A DNA stretch of 61,553 nt, counting the filler, from Choristocarpus tenellus KU-1152 (lineage: Eukaryota; Protista; Phaeophyceae): assembly GCA_964200185.2 (NCBI GenBank). It is 10 parts of 10 records of this genome, joined end to end, with 100 filler letters (N's around TTAATTAATTAA, not from the genome) between each part and the next. Parts side by side here need not be neighbours in the genome. Positions count along the whole stretch, not along the records: positions 54,304 to 61,553 come from CAXNAD020006462.1; 9 more parts are not named here. The stretch is one strand, 5' to 3'. The notes under the pieces are model-generated. The model did no database searches. It was not told the DNA's origin and saw only the letters and a program-made list of their open reading frames with translations. Shown piece after piece: positions 54,204 to 61,553 of the stretch (positions are counted from its first letter, which is position 1; every line of letters begins with the position of its first letter). The position numbers and the translations under genes were made by a program.

Positions 54204-54303
54204 NNNNNNNNNNNNNNNNNNNNNNNNNNNNNNNNNNNNNNNNNNNNTTAATTAATTAANNNNNNNNNNNNNNNNNNNNNNNNNNNNNNNNNNNNNNNNN
54301 NNN
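54204..54303. other. Artificial contig spacer
   Basis: Same 100-nt spacer. Confidence 0.98.
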
Positions 54304-54958
54304 ACAGACCAGCAAGGAACAATAAGCCTTCAATAGGAATACTTTTGCCTCCTTCTATTCTTGCCCTTTCACCCTCTTGCTTTTGGGGGGGGGGGGCGTG
54401 CCATGCTTCAGCCAAGAAGAGACTCACAAAAGCCTGCCCTGGTATTTTGCCCCGCCCCTGGTAACCTTCCCCTCCCTTAGCAATTCATATATTTATTTTT
54501 CCACCAGTCCACCTAAGTTGTACAGTGTTGAGGCAAACAACAGATTATCTCCTACAAACTCATCCTGTATGAACAAGGTGCCATAGTCCTCCTCTGGCAC
54601 CATGAGCACCAAAGTCTAAACGACAGCACATCCTCCTCCTTAATCCTTCTCCATCCCCCCCCCAGTCCCTACCTTCCATAAACAACACACACACATACAA
54701 ACAGAACAAAAAAGCTAATGGAAAATCACTTGACCAGAAAATATCTCATTATCTTTTCAAGCAAAGTGTAGTAATTAATCTAATAATCAACACACTAAAC
54801 TTGCCCCATAGACACAATAAGAAACAAAGCCAATCAAGGCCCTTTCAACACCCTTCCACTGAACCCTTGCCAACCTTCAACCCTATCCCACTATTGCAAG
54901 CAGACAAAGCCTTCCTAACCCAGCCTCCCCTTCTCCTTGGCTCCTTCCACCTTGCACA

Positions 54959-56437
54959 TTATCCCTGAATAATATCTACTGAAGAAACACTACCTGCTGG
55001 AGGAGTGGTCCGTGGCACTGGTTTCAAGCGGGGTATGGTACCAGCCACATCAGGACATCCTTCTCCCAAGGGAGCCCAATAGATCTCTTTCCTACTCTCA
55101 AAGAAAGCACACCAGAGTCGCCAGTGCTCCTGGGGTACATACTGAAGAGGAGATGACCCTCTCTTGTCCAGGATCCTAAGTAATCGCAAGTCCTTGTCCA
55201 GGACAGTAGAGGCAATGTCAAACCGTGGCTCAGCAGTCCAGCAAGCGTCGTGGAGGAGCGTCCGTCCACAATCATCGCTGAGCTCTGTACCCTCACCACA
55301 TTCCCCCAAAAGGTAACGCAACGATCGGACACGTCCTCGTCGACATGCCATGTGAAGAATGCTGTCTCCAAAGCGGTTACAAGCACACATGCTCCGCCCA
55401 GATGTTCGCATGGCTGATAGGGTTTCCACATCCTCCCCCAGCACTGCCTGTACAATATCCTTGCCATACGCAGTCACCTGGTACGCCGTGGGGGGCTGGT
55501 GGTAGGGAGTCTCGAGGGATGGAACCATCTCTGTCGAGTAGCCCCGCTCCTTGAGGATACCATGGAGATAATCCTCAGGGTGGACTTTATCTGGCACACA
55601 TGCAAGCAACGGCATGAGAGCAGCAAGGTACTCTTCATTGGTCTTCACTTCACCTCGCTTTACTACCCCCTTCGTCATTTCTGACCTCTCTGCCCCTCCA
55701 CCCTTTGCTCCACCTTCGATGACAGACTTCAACCCTGACGCTGCCACACTCTCTCCCACCTTTCCCCTTGACATTTCTGACCCTGCTTCACTCCTGAACT
55801 TTTCTGCAACGCTGCCAATGCCACCAACGCCCAACTCTTTTGGTGCCATCGCGTCTAGGCGAGTATTCCTCTCTTGCCCAATGATTCCAACACTCGACTC
55901 AGGTACAACTGCTGCATCGGACATGCGGTACGCTCCTGATCTGGCTCTCTTGCAGCTTCCATAACAATTTTTGGCGGTCCCGCTGGAAAACTCTTCCAAG
56001 GACGCAGAGTTCGCACGATTGGTTCGCTCACCTCCTGCCATGGACTGAGACACCGCTTCATCAACAGCTTTTGAGAGGTCGGTCATAGAAGTAATACGGG
56101 TCAATCCTTCCGCCAATCTCTTAGAGCGCACACTACCAAACACCACATCACCCGTAATCCCACTTGCCGAAATTGCCGCTGTGTATGTAGTCGACAACAT
56201 TGCCGTGGTAACATCCATACTTTCAACATCAATGATAGACTCCGAGTCAGAGCTGCTGCTGTGACTTCGGCTTTCTCCTGTCTCGTCCGTGGTACTGCCC
56301 GCATCACTCTTTGTAGTATCAGCGCTCGCTTTTACAGACTGCGGGCATAATTCCACATCTGCCATCAGACGCATTCTGATAGCTTCGTGACCTCGACCTT
56401 GCCATTCCTCAATGAGACTTTCATCCTCATCACTCAT
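54959..56437 (-). CDS. Ankyrin-repeat protein with disordered N-terminus
   Basis: Uninterrupted ORF with first ATG at 56437. C-terminal ankyrin repeats: CNRFGDSILHMACRRG, DDCGRTLLHDACW, DKRGSSPLQYV. An upstream exon cannot be excluded. Confidence 0.85.
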   Translation of the reverse strand: MSDEDESLIEEWQGRGHEAIRMRLMADVELCPQSVKASADTTKSDAGSTTDETGESRSHSSSSDSESIIDVESMDVTTAMLSTTYTAAISASGITGDVVFGSVRSKRLAEGLTRITSMTDLSKAVDEAVSQSMAGGERTNRANSASLEEFSSGTAKNCYGSCKRARSGAYRMSDAAVVPESSVGIIGQERNTRLDAMAPKELGVGGIGSVAEKFRSEAGSEMSRGKVGESVAASGLKSVIEGGAKGGGAERSEMTKGVVKRGEVKTNEEYLAALMPLLACVPDKVHPEDYLHGILKERGYSTEMVPSLETPYHQPPTAYQVTAYGKDIVQAVLGEDVETLSAMRTSGRSMCACNRFGDSILHMACRRGRVRSLRYLLGECGEGTELSDDCGRTLLHDACWTAEPRFDIASTVLDKDLRLLRILDKRGSSPLQYVPQEHWRLWCAFFESRKEIYWAPLGEGCPDVAGTIPRLKPVPRTTPPAGSVSSVDIIQG

Positions 56438-58051
56438 GGTGACCACGCAGATCCGGCTTTAGCAGTCACCTATACAAATCCAACCGCATCCAGTTCAGTC
56501 GATGCAAGCATATAGGGGAGAACATTGGGATTTCGGTTGTCAACCAAGTGCTCATATCTCCATTCCACTACACCATGCTAAACCTCGGGAAGAGGCATGG
56601 AGAGGTCATCACCAGGGATGAGGCCAATACTACGGCTAGTCTACGACAATCGTGAAGAACAAGCATTAACAGAGCTTGGGCGAACACACGTTGCAATTAG
56701 ATGTGCGATGGCATCTAAGGGACTCGGCAGATTAAACCAGAGCGTGCCACCTATGATGTCCTAAACACAATATGCCACCTATGCTCACTTGGTTCAACCA
56801 CAGCTCGGATGTTGATCGAGAGTGCCAGAAGTCAAGGCAAAGATGCTTCTCTGCTACTATATCCGCTCGTATAAGGATGCGACGAAGCCTGTATCAGGGG
56901 GATGTGTCCTTGCGCTGGAGGGTGTAGGGCACAGGGGCATATGTAATGATTTTGGTGTTTGCTGCCACTCAGATGTGAAGTCTTTGAATCTGTGATGTCA
57001 GACTCTAGTGTGTTCTGCCTCTGACTAATAATGTATCTCCTGAATTTTGCTTTTCTCATTGGTCCCTTTTCCTTTTTACTCTACTATAACTACTTTCTGA
57101 TTAAATGTATATGTAAATAATAATAAAATGTGTGCTTAGGTGGCAAGATTTGGAAGAATTGGAAGAATATATTCAATATTATAGTATGACTCACCCACAA
57201 CTTACAATAGAGGTTCAAACTGCAGGCCATGTCATTAGTCATTGATACTACTAAATACTACTATGTTATTCTACTACAACTGTTTAAATAGTGACACCAT
57301 ACATAATCATCATTATCTGACGAATGACGACGTCGGCTTTCAGATTGAAGTTTGCCAAAACTGGTGAAAAAGAAAGAAATTGTTCTAACAACCATTACCA
57401 TTTGTTGAAATCTGTACATGGATCAACCACGTGGGACGTTCAAACTATTTTCGTGAGTCATGTACACTCCACCAAATACTTCGGGGCCCCTTCCACCCCT
57501 ACATTATGATCACATCAAAATCAGGTTAGGATATGGAACGATGCAATCCCCTCTGTATTGCCAAGAACCTGACGTCCGATTCACCTTGCCTCCTCCTGAG
57601 ACTGTTTTTACTTTTTGTCGCATCTCTCCTTGCCCCACCTCCTGTGAGTCTTCCCCTTTCCCTTCGTCCGAAGGCGCCCACCTGTTTCACAACATTGCCT
57701 ATGACCGACATGGTTTAAAGAAAGGGAATACCATGCCAGTACCCAGGAATCATCTTCGTGCATTTTCCGTGCTCTAAACATCGCATTTTCCATGTAAGCG
57801 CATGCCAAACGATTCCAACTAAAGAGTAGTGACCCAGAAAGATTAGGTTACACACTACTCAACACGTAGCCCAAACCTTTTCTACGGTCGCATAGGTAAA
57901 GAATACAATCTACAGATTAGAAGAAACTCCACAAGTTCCTTGCATGGTTTTCAAGATCAACGCTCTCTATTGTGACTATAAATATGAGCGTGCACAAGCC
58001 GACTGGTTTGTGCGCCGACTCTTTATACATCGCAGTGAACGAAAAGGCCAT

Positions 58052-58265
58052 TCAAATATGTTGCAATTTTGATGTAACTTTGACTATCACGTTTGTTAGG
58101 AGATGATTTTAATATCCTTGTCTGAACACTCCTTTTCATAGCGTATACATTTTACCTACTCGTAAACATTTTGGAGTAGGTGAAATGTCAATAAAAACCC
58201 ATGGGAAGCCAAGCCCCACATGGACAAACAGGACAAAATTCGTACCCTCTAAGATACTTTCACTC
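58052..58265. mobile_element. MITE family B, truncated at one end
   Basis: Matches the 23173 copy from ATGTTGCAATTTTGATGTAA to CGTACCCTCTAAGATACTTTCACTC. Confidence 0.8.
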
Positions 58266-58267
58266 AA

Positions 58268-59160
58268 AGCTTGGAGTTGTTTTCTCAAATACAGCCAAGT
58301 GCTCAGTGACAGAGCCTCAGGTGCATCGCTTGAGCTGAAGATGCACATGCTCAAAGCTGAAGCACTTGAAGTACCGTTATATGGTTGTATGACGTGGACA
58401 CTGTGGCAGGTAGATTTTCTGAACCTATGTTCTCACCACCACAAGTTCTTCCTCCGCAATGTTAGTCTCTAGAGCCAAACTAATGGAGAGGCAGACAGGT
58501 TTCGACTCTTTTGCATTCCAAGGCATTAATCTTACCCTGTCAAATACACACGATTTCAGTTGCTCTATGAGCATAATAAGAAGCGTACACAAATCGATAT
58601 TCTCACATTCCGCACATGAACTGTCACCACAATTCTGGAAAGAAGGCTCTTTCTGGAATTGTACAAAAAAATCTTATTCTTGCCCTCCTTTCTAGGGACC
58701 TTTAAAATGCAACTATGCCTACTTCTCGATTGGTTTGACTACAAGATTTTGCTAATTGGAATACACCAATCTTGTTCTATCCTGGAAAGATGATCTTACG
58801 AAGACCCGGTGTGAGAGTATGGAGGAAACAGTGCGCAAGCAGGGGTTCCTGTTTGCTGGGTCAGTTTCAAACATGGGAGATGAGCAATGTCCCAAGGTAT
58901 TGATATTTGGTATAAAATCTGAAGCAATGTGGACAGGAGAAGAACCGGGTGCACATGCCTTAAAGACAACAACGAGAAGTTTGGCGTTGTAGTTGAGGGT
59001 TGGAGCACTAAGGCCACTAACCAACAACAGTGCTATGAGTGTGTGACTGAGGATCCAACAAGCTTTGTGGCAGAGTGGCAGTCCAAGAAATCATTGATAG
59101 CTAGTGTGTACAGCATGCCATCAGCAGCTAAGATCGCCCAAGTCATCAACACTATCACTG
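58268..59160 (+). mobile_element. RTE-like non-LTR retrotransposon (LINE) 3' remnant, interrupted by a MITE-like insertion
   Basis: LKMHMLKAEALEVPLYGCMTWTL...HHHKFFLR (58185-58472 frame) resumes after the insertion as TRCESMEETVRKQGFLFAGSV..MGDEQCPKVLIFG. This is typical of the post-RT region of RTE LINEs. Confidence 0.75.
58472..58741. mobile_element. MITE-like insertion (family C) within the LINE remnant
   Basis: Imperfect 26-bp TIR (19/26): GAGCCAAACTAATGGAGAGGCAGACA versus TAGTCAAACCAATCGAGAAGTAGGCA (reverse complement of the right end). It interrupts the LINE reading frame. TSD unclear. Confidence 0.6.
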
Positions 59161-59838
59161 TCTGCTGAATGCTGTTTTTCTCATCTTATTCTCTTTACGG
59201 GTTTTCTCTTACTCTCATTATTCTTCTTATTGTTACTCTTTCTCTTTCCTTCCACTGCTTTATTTCCCTTTCATCGTCCTTGTTGGCTTTTACAACCAGT
59301 ACAAATTTCCTTCTTTGGATAACCTTTTCGACCACATGTCAAAAAATCTCTCTAAGTAGTGAGATACTACTGTCAATAGCAATAATGATGTTGATGTCAT
59401 TGTCAAAAATAATATTAATATTAGTAACATTCAACTCTTTTCGCGTAGCACTCCGACGAAGCCGACTACAAATATACAAGTAAAGTCAAACAGATAATAC
59501 TACTGAAGACCAGAGCGGAATTTCCAGAAAATGCACTCCAGAACAATTTGTGAGGTATTGACCATACAATTTCTTCAGAGTTGGAAAAAATCATTATTTT
59601 CTATTGCTCAAGTCAGGAACTTTCTTCCTGGTGAGAAGCCCACCTCAGGTAAGGTTCCCCTACTACTACGACAGCCTCTTGTGTGCGTGTGTGGACCCCT
59701 TGTGTTACATTTGAGAGGACTTCCAAGAGGAGAACCGTTGATATGCCAGAATCAGTACAAAGTTTGCTCATGTGTCTGATGGATTACCTTCTCCTCCTCT
59801 TCCCCCACGTAGTCTGTCTGCATTTTCAATCGCTGCTC

Positions 59839-59859
59839 TTATTATTATTATTATTATTA
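59839..59859. repeat. (TTA)n microsatellite
   Basis: Direct reading of the sequence. Confidence 0.85.
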
Positions 59860-61553
59860 CTATCATTTTACCAATATGATCGCCGTAGTAATAGTAGTAT
59901 AAGAGCATATGCCAGTGATGCTGATAAGTTCAACACTGAAAAGAATGATGGCAAGGAAGAACCAAAAGAGAAAGTAATGATAACGATGTGATGATAATAC
60001 TCATGATGAGATAGGTGAGACAAATGAGAACTGTTTCGATACAACCAATTCATCCAATTTTCGAGGGGATCTAACTTAATAGGCCTCCTTCTGAGATACA
60101 ATAACTCCAAGACTAGATACAAAGTGCAGAATATTTGAAATTATGGTCATATCACCCCCTTTCCCTTCCACCTGCAGCACCAGCATACGGTCATAGCGCC
60201 CTCATTTACCTTGTACCCCAAGCACTGTATAGTCATACCACCACCCGTTCCCTACCTGTACTAGTATATTGACATACCCCCACCTGCTCCTTCCCCCTCC
60301 GTAGATATTTTTTCAAGAAGAGATGTGTAAAAAGAAAATTGCCATTTTTGTCATAGCAGTTATCATGTGTAGATTTTCAAAGAGATAACACTCCTCGCAG
60401 TTGGGCAATGTGATGTGTGACAATGACGACTCCCTGTTCCCTACCCACCCAGGGATGGCAACTTTTCTCGAAGGGTCTCAATACTCAAGCATGTCTAGAA
60501 AGCGGGTACCAAAAACGCAAGCGGTCGCCATGCTATCCCTCAGAGGAAAGTGGCCCGTCCTTGTACAGTCCCAAAAAAAACGCCCTCGCTTCGCTGTAAC
60601 TTTATCATTTTCTCTGACCACTGACATCTCACAGTTGTTCTGAGCAGGGTACCAAATATGAATACCAGCGTCAGTGGAATGGTATTGACAGTGAAAGGAA
60701 CATAACGATACATACAATTGGGTTCATACTGTCATCAGTATATATGTCAGTTGGTAGCATAGTAAGTCGTAACACCATACCAATCCTCCGAAATCCCCAA
60801 CACCTGCTTTGCAGAAACCTCCCGATTTAGCATTGAAATCGTCGGCACAAGCAATTTTAGGATATATTATGAGGTACCCTGGTTCTGAGGGGGAAGAGAG
60901 AGAGGGCAAAGAACATAACTCACAAAACGAGAGGTTGAAGCAGACCAACCATTCATGAGGGGTGGAAGTATGCCATTGTATTGCAACGACCTTAATCCTT
61001 GCAAACCCATGCGCATTCTCTTCTACGAATAACGTTCTAACGGAACCACGACTTGTCAGCGTAGGAAATAAACTTGTAGCAAAGGAACCCCATCACCTTT
61101 CATGGAGTAATTAATCCATACTCCCCCCCACCCCCACCCCCACAAGCAAAATACTTGAGCCGCAGATTATCAGCTCAGCGATATGAGAACATAGCAAGAC
61201 AAACCGACAGGGGCTAAACTTGACTCTGGTGAAGCTGACACCAACGCTAATACATACTGTTTATTCTTCCTCTTGGGATGCGCAGACCCCACCCTAGAGG
61301 CCGTCTCAAGTTGTGTACATCAACAACGGGTAAAGAACAATTACATGCCACAAATAAAAAGAAAAAAGAAAAGGTGTTTGACCACTCAAGAGTACAAAAG
61401 TGGTAGTTGTAGGAAGATGAACATTAAACGGCACTGGGAAAAATACAGAAGTGTTCACCTCCTTCCCCTCCCTCCACCCCTGCCCCCTCTCCTTCCCCCC
61501 CCGCCTCTCCTACCTCCACCCCCACCCATACGCTGTCTCTTGAAGCTCCTGAC

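Noticed and set aside
5504-54259. Recurrent TTAATTAATTAA palindrome as a biological repeat or CRISPR-like array
   Set aside because: It is always centred in an identical 100-nt N spacer and encodes stops in six frames, so it is an artificial linker.
60400-61080. Minus-strand YDLLCYQL / SFHCQYH motifs reminiscent of KDZ-type transposases
   Set aside because: Spacing and downstream motifs do not fit, the frame has stops, and the segment may be intronic. The resemblance is too weak to call.

Overview
Eukaryotic genomic DNA with spliceosomal introns and many TE remnants. Gene and LINE content suggest a stramenopile, probably a brown alga or relative (inference). The window is ten contigs joined by nine identical artificial 100-nt spacers (44 N + TTAATTAATTAA + 44 N), so adjacency across spacers is not evidence of linkage. 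Supported genes: (1) a hand-spliced 9-exon gene (11375-19007, +, ~1029 aa) for a YqaJ/lambda-exonuclease-like PD-(D/E)XK nuclease whose catalytic domain is interrupted by a ~490-aa insert containing a degenerate R3H-like module; (2) a complete 7-exon GDP-fucose transporter (SLC35C1-like, 329 aa, one GC-AG intron); (3) an ankyrin-repeat protein; (4) partial UPF2-like and RAD50-like genes; (5) a partial gene with an ATRX-ADD-like zinc finger. Supported mobile elements: two related decayed Ty3/gypsy pol regions (one with a C-terminal chromodomain), an RTE-like LINE remnant, and many MITE-like elements sharing a GRNYSAAAGTATCT-type terminal inverted repeat with either 3-bp or 4-bp target-site duplications. 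All gene models and family calls come from manual reading and motif recognition; no database search was run.
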